From a virus (Duplodnaviria; Caudoviricetes), in IMG/VR virus record IMGVR_UViG_3300027985_000418, positions 1 through 61,029 of that record: a stretch of 61,029 bases of DNA; one strand, given 5' to 3'. This document shows positions 21,985 through 29,276 of the stretch, piece by piece; position 1 is the stretch's first letter; every line of letters starts with the position of its first letter. Under the pieces are notes generated by a model, which did no database searches, was not told where the DNA came from, and worked only from the letters and a program-made list of their open reading frames with translations. A program made the position numbers and the translations under genes.

Positions 21985-22014
21985 ATTATAGAAACATATA
22001 ATAATATTTGTAAG
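21985..22014 (-). promoter_or_regulatory. Putative promoter of the packaging/structural arm (CTTACA-N18-TATAAT)
   Basis: Hexamers upstream of the small terminase gene. Confidence 0.35.
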
Positions 22015-22204
22015 TCATTGTTTGTCCGAATATATATTATATATAATATTAATAAGACCATATAAATATTAATCAGAAATGAATAAATACTTTATTATAA
22101 TTGGTTAAGTCTTTGTTGGAAAAGATAAGAAGTGGTAATGAGCAATATCATAATATTCTGATATAAATAGATATAACTATTCCCGTTTGCCTGTTCTCAA
22201 CCCA

Positions 22205-22234
22205 TTGACAAGCACCCCTCTGTCATGTTTTAAT
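22205..22234 (+). promoter_or_regulatory. Sigma-A-type early promoter TTGACA-N18-TTTAAT with extended TG
   Basis: Consensus -35; TG-n before the -10; upstream of the first plus-strand gene. Confidence 0.65.
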
Positions 22235-22309
22235 AGAAGAGGGATAAAGAACACAGCTGATATGGACTGGTACTTTAAACCGCTAAATTAGGTGATGACT
22301 AACATCAAA

Positions 22310-22325
22310 TGTTCCACGTGGAACA
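22310..22325. promoter_or_regulatory. parS: parS-like centromere site TGTTCCACGTGGAACA
   Basis: Perfect 16-bp palindrome matching the chromosomal ParB/Spo0J site consensus TGTT(T/C)CACGTG(A/G)AACA. Confidence 0.8.
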
Positions 22326-22339
22326 GATAGGAGATAATT

Positions 22340-23113
22340 ATGAGAGCAAACAGATTAACAATCAAGGCATTTGCAGATGGAACAGTTAATGGAGATATGG
22401 GTTTTGTCGCAGACTTTTACAAGACACATAAAAAAGTGATGACTATTTATAGTCAGGATATTGATGAAGAATGGATGAAACATGATATGGCAGACAAGGC
22501 AACAACTAGAACTCAATTAAGGGAAGACTTTAGGGAATATGTTATTACTAATGCTAGCACATGGGGCATTGATTGGCAACCACAGGATATGAGGACAGAT
22601 GCAAATATACGCAAAGCCAAGTACACAACTGATGAAGAATTAATTGAAGATGCTATGGCATTAATCGATGCTGATATGAATGAATTTATTAACAACATTA
22701 GCGATGTGACTGGTTATAGTATCACATGTGATGGAATTAATCCTGTCAAGGTATCAGCCAAGGGATATGATCTATCCAAGTTAGGTGTTATTGATGGCAA
22801 ATATGAGAAGAACGGAAATTGGGCATGGGCAGAGGTTATTATCTCTTATGGTATAGAAATAGAAACTGAACATGCATTCATTGATTGCGTAGTACAGCTA
22901 GTATCTGGACAGCTTAAGAAACCATCTGGATTTAATGAGATTAAAGGATATAACAAGACTAATTTTATTAAGATAGTTAGAGATCAAGTACCAGTAAAGG
23001 AAGAAACTCCTACACCTAAGGAAGAAGTCCAACAAACCAAAATATCAGTTGAGCCTAAGGAGGAAATTCCTACACCTAAAAACCGTGGACGTAAACCTAA
23101 AACCGACAAATAG
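22340..23113 (+). CDS. Hypothetical early protein, paralog 1 of the SGQLxKP family
   Basis: Strong RBS; shares RANx(L/I)T, FYKTH and LVSGQLKKP with 27321; Pro/Glu-rich tail ending RGRKPK. Confidence 0.85.
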   Translation: MRANRLTIKAFADGTVNGDMGFVADFYKTHKKVMTIYSQDIDEEWMKHDMADKATTRTQLREDFREYVITNASTWGIDWQPQDMRTDANIRKAKYTTDEELIEDAMALIDADMNEFINNISDVTGYSITCDGINPVKVSAKGYDLSKLGVIDGKYEKNGNWAWAEVIISYGIEIETEHAFIDCVVQLVSGQLKKPSGFNEIKGYNKTNFIKIVRDQVPVKEETPTPKEEVQQTKISVEPKEEIPTPKNRGRKPKTDK

Positions 23114-23117
23114 AAAT

Positions 23118-23169
23118 TATTGGCTTTCTAGGATTTGAGCCTTAAATCAAGTCCTATCCCAATAGGGAT
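23118..23169 (+). other. Structured RNA / hairpin after the first early gene
   Basis: TAGGATTTGA-N8-TCAAGTCCTA stem, closed by TATTGG/CCAATA or alternatively followed by an ATCCC/GGGAT hairpin. Confidence 0.5.
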
Positions 23170-23219
23170 TATATTCGGTATAGGCACAATGTTGAGATAC
23201 TGACAGAAATAGGAAGAAG

Positions 23220-23344
23220 TAGCCAAAATATAGCCAAAATATAGCCAAAATATAGCCAAAATATAGCCAAAATATAGCCAAAATATAGCCAAAAATATAG
23301 CTAAAATATAGCCAAAATATAGTCAAAATATAGCCAAAATATAG
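23220..23344. repeat. Tandem array of the 11-bp unit TAGCCAAAATA (11 copies)
   Basis: Read directly; copies 7, 8 and 10 carry single changes; non-coding. Confidence 0.95.
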
Positions 23345-23540
23345 TTATAATCTCTATCAAAGAATACAACAGCAATAATAAAAATATTACCATAAAAGAG
23401 ATATAAAAGTCTAAATATGGACATTAAAGGATTACACATGTACTTAATCAAAGTAAGAATTTAATGAATAAAATATTAAAGGATAACAATTCCAAATGAT
23501 GTATTCTTGCGTACTTAAAGTACTTCACATACTGAATAGG

Positions 23541-23628
23541 AAATAGTAACTTAACAGGCTGTGATCTGATGTGTTATAATTAAAAGGATCAAGCAAATGA
23601 AGGGATATGAAGGGATATGATAAATATG
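23541..23628 (+). promoter_or_regulatory. Early promoter-RBS-start cassette, copy 1 (-35 TTAACA variant)
   Basis: TTAACAGGCTGTGATCTGATGTGTTATAAT...GGATATGATAAATATG. Confidence 0.8.
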
Positions 23629-23850
23629 AAAGAAGATATATTGGCATACATTAATCATCTGATTGATATAGGATATTCAAACGAAGATGCAGAAATATGT
23701 GCAATGCAAATGTTCCCAGAATATAATGACGAATATTGGAGGAATAAATATGAAAAGATCCTCATGGATAAAATTGTTTATCCTACCAATATTAATAATA
23801 ATTATATTATGCGTAGATTGTCAACCAACAGTAAATTTCAATCTAGATAA
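23617..23850 (+). CDS. Hypothetical early protein (MINM start)
   Basis: Starts inside the repeated cassette. Confidence 0.55.
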   Translation: MINMKEDILAYINHLIDIGYSNEDAEICAMQMFPEYNDEYWRNKYEKILMDKIVYPTNINNNYIMRRLSTNSKFQSR

Positions 23851-23861
23851 AGGAGATAATT

Positions 23862-24167
23862 ATGAAGAAAATATTAGCTATATTAGCTATAATGAGTATG
23901 CTATTAACAGCATGTGCGGATAAATCAATAAATCCCAAATTAAATGAAAATGAAACTTATGAAAAAATTGTCGAGGATGATGACGAATATATCAATACAG
24001 TTGATAGATATGAGGGTGAGTATGCTGTGGTAGAAATATATAATATAAATACTAAGCAGATATCACATATTGATGTGTTGATTGATGATTTGGATGAATA
24101 TAATATTACTGATGATCCAATACGTAAACAGCACATATTAGAACTGCAAGATAAATTATTTGAATGA
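23862..24167 (+). CDS. Lipoprotein with a DUF3006-like domain
   Basis: Signal peptide with lipobox LTAC; VDRYEGEYAVVE...LQDKLFE. Confidence 0.7.
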   Translation: MKKILAILAIMSMLLTACADKSINPKLNENETYEKIVEDDDEYINTVDRYEGEYAVVEIYNINTKQISHIDVLIDDLDEYNITDDPIRKQHILELQDKLFE

Positions 24168-24187
24168 TATTAGCCTTGAAACGTTAT

Positions 24188-24267
24188 AAATAGTAACTTG
24201 ACAGGCTGTGGTTTGATGTGTTATAATTAAAAAAGGATCAAACAAATGAAAGGATATGATAAATATG
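24188..24267 (+). promoter_or_regulatory. Early promoter-RBS-start cassette, copy 2
   Basis: TTGACA 24198-24203, TATAAT 24222-24227, followed by ATGATAAATATG. Confidence 0.9.
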
Positions 24268-24486
24268 AGAGAAAATAAAATCACCATGGATAGTGATGGA
24301 ATTATAATCGATGGACATATAGGCACATGGTATGTAATCGATGAAGAGTATGTAATTGGAGGTAAAATATTCTTATTAGAACATGAAGAATATGGTGATG
24401 AAACAGCAAATATTATCATCAATGAAGATGGAGAATTACTCATGGAAGATGTATGGAACGGTTTTGATGATTACAATAATGATTAA
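24256..24486 (+). CDS. Small acidic protein resembling large-polyvalent-protein domain LPD18
   Basis: GHIGTWYVID...FLLEHEEYGDE...EDVWNGF pattern; family assignment from memory. Confidence 0.6.
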   Translation: MINMRENKITMDSDGIIIDGHIGTWYVIDEEYVIGGKIFLLEHEEYGDETANIIINEDGELLMEDVWNGFDDYNND

Positions 24487-24510
24487 ATAAATTATAAGGA
24501 TGTTGAAATT

Positions 24511-24735
24511 ATGAAAAAGATAAACTATAAACGTATAGATACATGTATTACAATCTGTACAATATTAATACTGATTGAACTTGCCATTGAAATATTTATT
24601 GTATGCTCAGCTTATGAACAAGATATTATTAGCTATTTACAATTTCTATTATATGGATTAATAATCACAATAGTAATATTTATCGAAACTATTTTTGTAG
24701 CATGGTTACAATCTATTGATGATAGGAGGAAATAA
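24511..24735 (+). CDS. Small two-TM membrane protein
   Basis: Two hydrophobic helices. Confidence 0.55.
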   Translation: MKKINYKRIDTCITICTILILIELAIEIFIVCSAYEQDIISYLQFLLYGLIITIVIFIETIFVAWLQSIDDRRK

Positions 24736-24737
24736 TA

Positions 24738-24884
24738 ATGTGGATTATATCAGCAATTATAATGGTTCTAAAGATAATAATTATATTTACAATAATAAAT
24801 GCTGTTGTGCTAATATTTTGTAAAAGGGGTAAGAAGAACAATAAAGAAAATTGTCAAAATAATGACATAAATGAAGGGAATTAG
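24738..24884 (+). CDS. Small single-TM peptide
   Basis: AGGAGG RBS; MWIISAIIMVLKIIIIFTIINAVVLIFCKRGKK...; below the ORF-track length cutoff. Confidence 0.5.
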   Translation: MWIISAIIMVLKIIIIFTIINAVVLIFCKRGKKNNKENCQNNDINEGN

Positions 24885-24889
24885 AATTT

Positions 24890-25141
24890 ATGAATAAAAC
24901 AATTAAATGCCATAAATATTGTGCAGAAGATATTGATACAGGTATAATCAAACAGTATTCAGATTTGCCATCATTATTGGCTGATTTAAGGAAAAAGATA
25001 TTATATATATCACATGGTAATTTTGTGCGTACAAAGATACTTGAAGATGGTGAATTTATAATAGATACACCAGGCAAATTTAATCACAGAATAAGGTATA
25101 GATATAGAATATATATCTACAGATGGACAACATCAGAATAG
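24890..25141 (+). CDS. Hypothetical protein
   Basis: ORF within the early operon. Confidence 0.55.
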   Translation: MNKTIKCHKYCAEDIDTGIIKQYSDLPSLLADLRKKILYISHGNFVRTKILEDGEFIIDTPGKFNHRIRYRYRIYIYRWTTSE

Positions 25142-25220
25142 AAATATTAACTTGACAGGCTGTGATCTGATGTGTTATAATTAAAAAGGATCAAACAAAT
25201 GAAAGGATATGATAAATATG
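25142..25220 (+). promoter_or_regulatory. Early promoter-RBS-start cassette, copy 3
   Basis: TTGACA 25152-25157, TATAAT 25176-25181, followed by ATGATAAATATG. Confidence 0.9.
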
Positions 25221-25487
25221 GATAAATTCATAATAGCATCTATAATACCAACAAAATATGTAAGAGGTTTATATTTAGCGAGCAAAAATACATGTATGAG
25301 TGGTATGACACATGACATTAACCAAGCAAAATTATTCAATAAAGGTGAAATATATCAAACCGCTGAATATGGTGTAGGGATAATTAATCTAAATACAAAT
25401 CAATACACATTTAATACTTATGATTGTAGTAAATGGTATGATTTGCCAGTAGATTTGGGATGGGTAGGTGAACAATATCATGGATAA
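25209..25487 (+). CDS. Hypothetical early protein (MINM start)
   Basis: Starts inside the repeated cassette. Confidence 0.65.
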   Translation: MINMDKFIIASIIPTKYVRGLYLASKNTCMSGMTHDINQAKLFNKGEIYQTAEYGVGIINLNTNQYTFNTYDCSKWYDLPVDLGWVGEQYHG

Positions 25488-25644
25488 TCATGCACGATAT
25501 GTAATTACTGGTGTAACACGTAATGGTAAAAGATTTAAACCAATATATACCAATTGTCCACAACATTATAATATATGGAGAGGTAGGATATGGAGGTTAA
25601 ATAATGATGGATCAAGGACTCTAGTGAGAACAATAAATAATTAG
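25480..25644 (+). CDS. Small basic hypothetical protein
   Basis: MDNHARYVITGVTRNGKRFKPIYTN...IWRGRIW; AGGTG RBS; fills the gap between neighbours. Confidence 0.55.
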   Translation: MDNHARYVITGVTRNGKRFKPIYTNCPQHYNIWRGRIWRLNNDGSRTLVRTINN

Positions 25645-25655
25645 GAGGAAGTCAA

Positions 25656-26159
25656 ATGGTAAAATTATCAGAAATCTATAAGGAATTATTTGATATGGTA
25701 CAATCTGCAATAAATGTTACTAATACTCAGCATGATGCATTTATATTATTGTGTGGCAAATTGAATGGATACAATGTATTAAATGACATGTTCGATTTCA
25801 ATTACAAGCAAATTACATCTACAATATATTTATTAGACGATGCTGTCAGTATATCTAAACATTGTGATATATATATCACTAATGAATCGTGTGCAACACA
25901 TACAAATTGGAAGTGGACAGATGAATTAGTATTAACAGATGAATTAGTATTAACAGATGAATATTTTATCATGAATAAAATATCAGTTAATCAATGCTCA
26001 TGCTGTTATGATAATAATAAAATATTATCACTTGATGGATATGAGATAATAGGTGTTAATAGTAATAAAAAATTAATAATTTGCGATAATTGTATGGATA
26101 ATATTATTAAAGGTTATAAAATTATCAATGAAAATAATCTGATAGGTGTTATAATCTAG
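25656..26159 (+). CDS. Hypothetical protein with a C-terminal CxxC pair
   Basis: AGGAGG RBS; internal 18-bp tandem duplication (TDELVL x2, 25917-25962). Confidence 0.65.
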   Translation: MVKLSEIYKELFDMVQSAINVTNTQHDAFILLCGKLNGYNVLNDMFDFNYKQITSTIYLLDDAVSISKHCDIYITNESCATHTNWKWTDELVLTDELVLTDEYFIMNKISVNQCSCCYDNNKILSLDGYEIIGVNSNKKLIICDNCMDNIIKGYKIINENNLIGVII

Positions 26160-26214
26160 CAACATTGCCCATCTGAAATATTAGGTGGGTAAGATGGTGG
26201 ATTAAACACTAAAT
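26145..26214 (+). repeat. Repeated long irregular hairpin, copy 1 (5' leader of 26250)
   Basis: TAATCTAGCAACATTGCCCATCTGAAAT...TGGGTAAGATGGTGGATTAA shared with 27238-27300. Confidence 0.85.
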
Positions 26215-26249
26215 ATGGTGGCAACCAAAAATGCAAGGAGGATAATATT

Positions 26250-26579
26250 ATGGGAAAAATTTATGAGGGCGACACAAAATTAACAGTTGTACAAGTATGT
26301 AGTAAATTGGCAAATGATGTCAATACGGAACAGGCAATAATACTTAGTAATCATATTCAAGCAGAGGAAATCAAAAATAGTAGAAAATGTTTTGCACATG
26401 CTGTATTGGATGCATACAGATTATTACCAAATAAAAACGATGCAGATATGGAAATTAAAAAATTATGTAAGCATTTGATGGATAAATATATGAAATCTAC
26501 TGCATCCAACGAACAAGATATTGGTGCATATCATAATTTGATTAATATAATTATGGATAAGGCAAAAGGAACAATATAA
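26250..26579 (+). CDS. Hypothetical protein
   Basis: AAGGAGG RBS. Confidence 0.7.
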   Translation: MGKIYEGDTKLTVVQVCSKLANDVNTEQAIILSNHIQAEEIKNSRKCFAHAVLDAYRLLPNKNDADMEIKKLCKHLMDKYMKSTASNEQDIGAYHNLINIIMDKAKGTI

Positions 26580-26998
26580 TGACATATACAAAGAAGTCTA
26601 TAGAATTGTTCAATTCAATTCCAAATATGCAGAGAAAACAAATTGTAATGTTACAAAGACGTTATGAATTATTGGATAAATACGTAACATTAATCAAGAA
26701 AAATCTGACGTGCAAATTACAGGATATATACAATAATGATATTGGGATTTATATTAGTATTGGTAGGATAAACATTAATTTAAATTCTAGTCCATATATT
26801 ATTACTGTCACAGATGTTAATAATCAAAATATCAAATATCAAATAAAATTATCTGCGGTAGATATGTTAAATAATGGTACTAATATTAATAATCCATTAT
26901 CTGATTGTCTGAAAAAATATGATATATTGGACACAGCATCAATACTACTATTAAATCAATTATTATTGTCAGAAAAACAGCAAGAAGAGTTATATTAA
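26579..26998 (+). CDS. Hypothetical protein
   Basis: TAATG coupling to the upstream gene. Confidence 0.6.
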   Translation: MTYTKKSIELFNSIPNMQRKQIVMLQRRYELLDKYVTLIKKNLTCKLQDIYNNDIGIYISIGRININLNSSPYIITVTDVNNQNIKYQIKLSAVDMLNNGTNINNPLSDCLKKYDILDTASILLLNQLLLSEKQQEELY

Positions 26999-27084
26999 TT
27001 TTTTTTTTTTTCTTACTGTATATGTTTTTTCTTTTCGAAAAATTTGTCAAAAATGTTATCGTATCGTCAAGGGTTTGTTATAAA
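26994..27084 (+). repeat. ~85-bp dispersed repeat, copy B
   Basis: ATTAA-polyT-CTTACTGTATATG...TTCGAAAAATTTGTCAAAAATGTTATCGTA...TTGTTATAAA; inverted copy at 17958-18043. Confidence 0.9.
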
Positions 27085-27237
27085 CTATCAATCTGTATAA
27101 TATTTAATAACGTTAATCTTATAAGACAAAAATATATAATTTACAAAAATTTTTTCTATGGTTATGTTGATACAATACGGTTAATGCAAGACATGAAACA
27201 CTTGCTACTTGCTACTTCCATAATTTTTACATTCTAC

Positions 27238-27300
27238 GTTAATCTAGCAACATTGCCCATCTGAAATTTGGATGGGTAAGATGGTGGATTAACACCAAAT
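27238..27300 (+). repeat. Repeated long irregular hairpin, copy 2 (5' leader of 27321)
   Basis: Near-identical to 26145-26214; stem changes preserve pairing. Confidence 0.85.
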
Positions 27301-27320
27301 TAATAATTATATAGGAGGAT

Positions 27321-28049
27321 ATGACTATGTCAAACACAACAGAATTAACAAGAGCAAACAAAATTACATCATATTGGGAGGGAGATGGAATTGCAGTAGC
27401 AATTTTTTACAAGACACATGATAAACTTGTAACAATTAAATCTACTGATGATGCAGTAATCGCTGCAGGATTTACATTTCCAGTTGGTACTGATGAAGCA
27501 CCAATTTCAGCCACAAAGAAACTTGAAGCATTTAAAACATTTGTTGCTACAAATTCAACATTATTCGGTATCACATATGATCCAGTTGACAGACGTGCTG
27601 ATGCTTTCAAATTCCCTGGCAAATATGATGCAGAAACTTTTGGTAAATTTGCTAAGGATATTCTTGTTATGGCACTTGAACCAGTATTGGAAAATGTTCA
27701 AACATCTGCTATCGACAAAATGGTATCAAATGATCTACTTCCTGTAGGTTCTGCAATTTCATATGGAGTATCTGATGCGGAAATTGCAATCACAGAATCC
27801 TATTCAAATGGAAATATCAAATACGGAACGGCTACATGTAATGTTGCTATTGCTGTAAATGGTAAAACAACCGAAGTCGTTGCTACAATTGATTTAGTAT
27901 CTGGTCAGCTTAAGAAACCAAGACAATTGGGTGAAACAGCTATGACTATGACAAGTATCAAGAATATGCTAATTGAGAAAGAACTATTACCAAAACCTGT
28001 TGTTAAAGAAACTACTGAAACTGTCGATACCAATGCTGAAAACAAATAA
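27321..28049 (+). CDS. Hypothetical early protein, paralog 2 of the SGQLxKP family
   Basis: RANKIT, FYKTHDKL, YSNGN and LVSGQLKKP; codon usage of a highly expressed gene. Confidence 0.85.
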   Translation: MTMSNTTELTRANKITSYWEGDGIAVAIFYKTHDKLVTIKSTDDAVIAAGFTFPVGTDEAPISATKKLEAFKTFVATNSTLFGITYDPVDRRADAFKFPGKYDAETFGKFAKDILVMALEPVLENVQTSAIDKMVSNDLLPVGSAISYGVSDAEIAITESYSNGNIKYGTATCNVAIAVNGKTTEVVATIDLVSGQLKKPRQLGETAMTMTSIKNMLIEKELLPKPVVKETTETVDTNAENK

Positions 28050-28063
28050 GGAGTAATTCAATA

Positions 28064-28177
28064 TTGGAAACCATTAAAGATATATTTTGGGTGATTATTA
28101 TAATTGCACTCATAATATCAACTCAACTTGCTAAATACGAAGATCGTAAAAAAGGCAGACGATGGTGGGAAGACTAG
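28064..28177 (+). CDS. Small single-TM peptide
   Basis: AAGGAG RBS, TTG start; (M)ETIKDIFWVIIIIALIISTQLAKYEDRKKGRRWWED. Confidence 0.45.
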   Translation: METIKDIFWVIIIIALIISTQLAKYEDRKKGRRWWED

Positions 28178-28205
28178 ACTATACCATAAATTAATGAATA
28201 GGAAT

Positions 28206-28247
28206 AAAGTGGTGATAGTCAATATAGATTATCACCACTTTTTATTT
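28206..28247 (+). terminator. Intrinsic terminator
   Basis: AAAGTGGTGATAGTC/GATTATCACCACTTT stem followed by a T-tract. Confidence 0.8.
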
Positions 28248-28263
28248 GTATAGGAGGATTATA

Positions 28264-28509
28264 ATGAAATATTCATTACCAAACTATGGTGAAATAATAG
28301 AAATTGATGTTTTACCTACAAATCATATAAGTGAAATTATAGGAGTTATATACGTGAGATGGGATGGAATATTACGCTCGCACATAGTATCTAGTCCATC
28401 ACATTATGATTTTATTGTTTTATGTGTAGCATATGATAATGATACTGTATCATATATCTGTTTTAAATCAGATTGTAAGGGTTTATTTTTACTTACAGAT
28501 TTATTATAG
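28264..28509 (+). CDS. Hypothetical protein
   Basis: AGGAGG RBS before the ATG at 28264. Confidence 0.55.
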   Translation: MKYSLPNYGEIIEIDVLPTNHISEIIGVIYVRWDGILRSHIVSSPSHYDFIVLCVAYDNDTVSYICFKSDCKGLFLLTDLL

Positions 28510-28517
28510 GAGGAAAT

Positions 28518-29126
28518 ATGGAAAATATAAGTCAAGATAATGAATTACAAAGGGTAGATAAGGTCACAGTATTAATTGGTGATGATGATGATTGTGCTAA
28601 GATATCATTATATAGGAATAATGAGAAATTAGGAGAAACAGATACAGACGTATTACACATACCAACATATGATCAAAGTGGTCTGCCAAATAAAGTAATA
28701 TATCAAAATTATTGTAAAGATTATATGATTAATCTTTTAAATAATGGTGGTGTAGATGGCTTCTATTATGAACCGAAACAGGACACACAAACTATACAAT
28801 ATGACAAATCTGTATTTATATCAACAAGTATTAGTAATATTAAACAGTCAATTAGTGATATGTTAAATAAATATAATATTGAAATATATTGTAATGTGGA
28901 TGAAAATAATATTACTACAGACAGATATAAAAACTCATTTATTAAAAATGCAGAATGTCTTGTCGGTACTAAGATTACCAATATCACAACAAATAAAAAT
29001 CTGATTGTAATAATCAAAAGTAATATTAGATCTGGTCAATTGTGTAAACCTAAAATAATGTTATATAATGGTGAGGAAATGCAATTCAATTATACTAACA
29101 TTAATAAATTATTTAAGGGGATATAA
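28518..29126 (+). CDS. Hypothetical early protein, diverged paralog 3 of the SGQLxKP family
   Basis: ELQRVDKVT N-terminus, YKNSFIK and IRSGQLCKP. Confidence 0.75.
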   Translation: MENISQDNELQRVDKVTVLIGDDDDCAKISLYRNNEKLGETDTDVLHIPTYDQSGLPNKVIYQNYCKDYMINLLNNGGVDGFYYEPKQDTQTIQYDKSVFISTSISNIKQSISDMLNKYNIEIYCNVDENNITTDRYKNSFIKNAECLVGTKITNITTNKNLIVIIKSNIRSGQLCKPKIMLYNGEEMQFNYTNINKLFKGI

Positions 29127-29141
29127 TGGTATCTTATAAAT

Positions 29142-29195
29142 AAATATTAACTTGACAGGCTGTGATCTGATGTGTTATAATTAAAAAGGATCAAA
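29142..29195 (+). promoter_or_regulatory. Early promoter cassette, copy 4 (drives the sigma-like gene)
   Basis: TTGACA 29152-29157, TATAAT 29176-29181; core identical to copy 3. Confidence 0.9.
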
Positions 29196-29276
29196 TGAAC
29201 GAAAGGAAGAGGATAATATAGGATATAATTAGAAGATATGGAAGTAAAATTAAAGACGTAGAATGGGGAATGTAAA

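Noticed and set aside
22062-22339. Lysogeny switch (cI/cro) at the divergence point
   Set aside because: No repressor, antirepressor or integrase ORF found; only promoters and the parS site
23220-23344. CRISPR array
   Set aside because: 11-bp units are contiguous with no spacers, and there is no cas operon
23750-23923. Alternative-frame hydrophobic ORF (MKRSSWIKLFILP...) with a GGAGG RBS
   Set aside because: Overlaps two better-supported ORFs; may be real but cannot be resolved from sequence alone
27022-27264. 80-aa ORF from the track
   Set aside because: No RBS; overlaps the 85-bp repeat and the hairpin repeat, so probably non-coding
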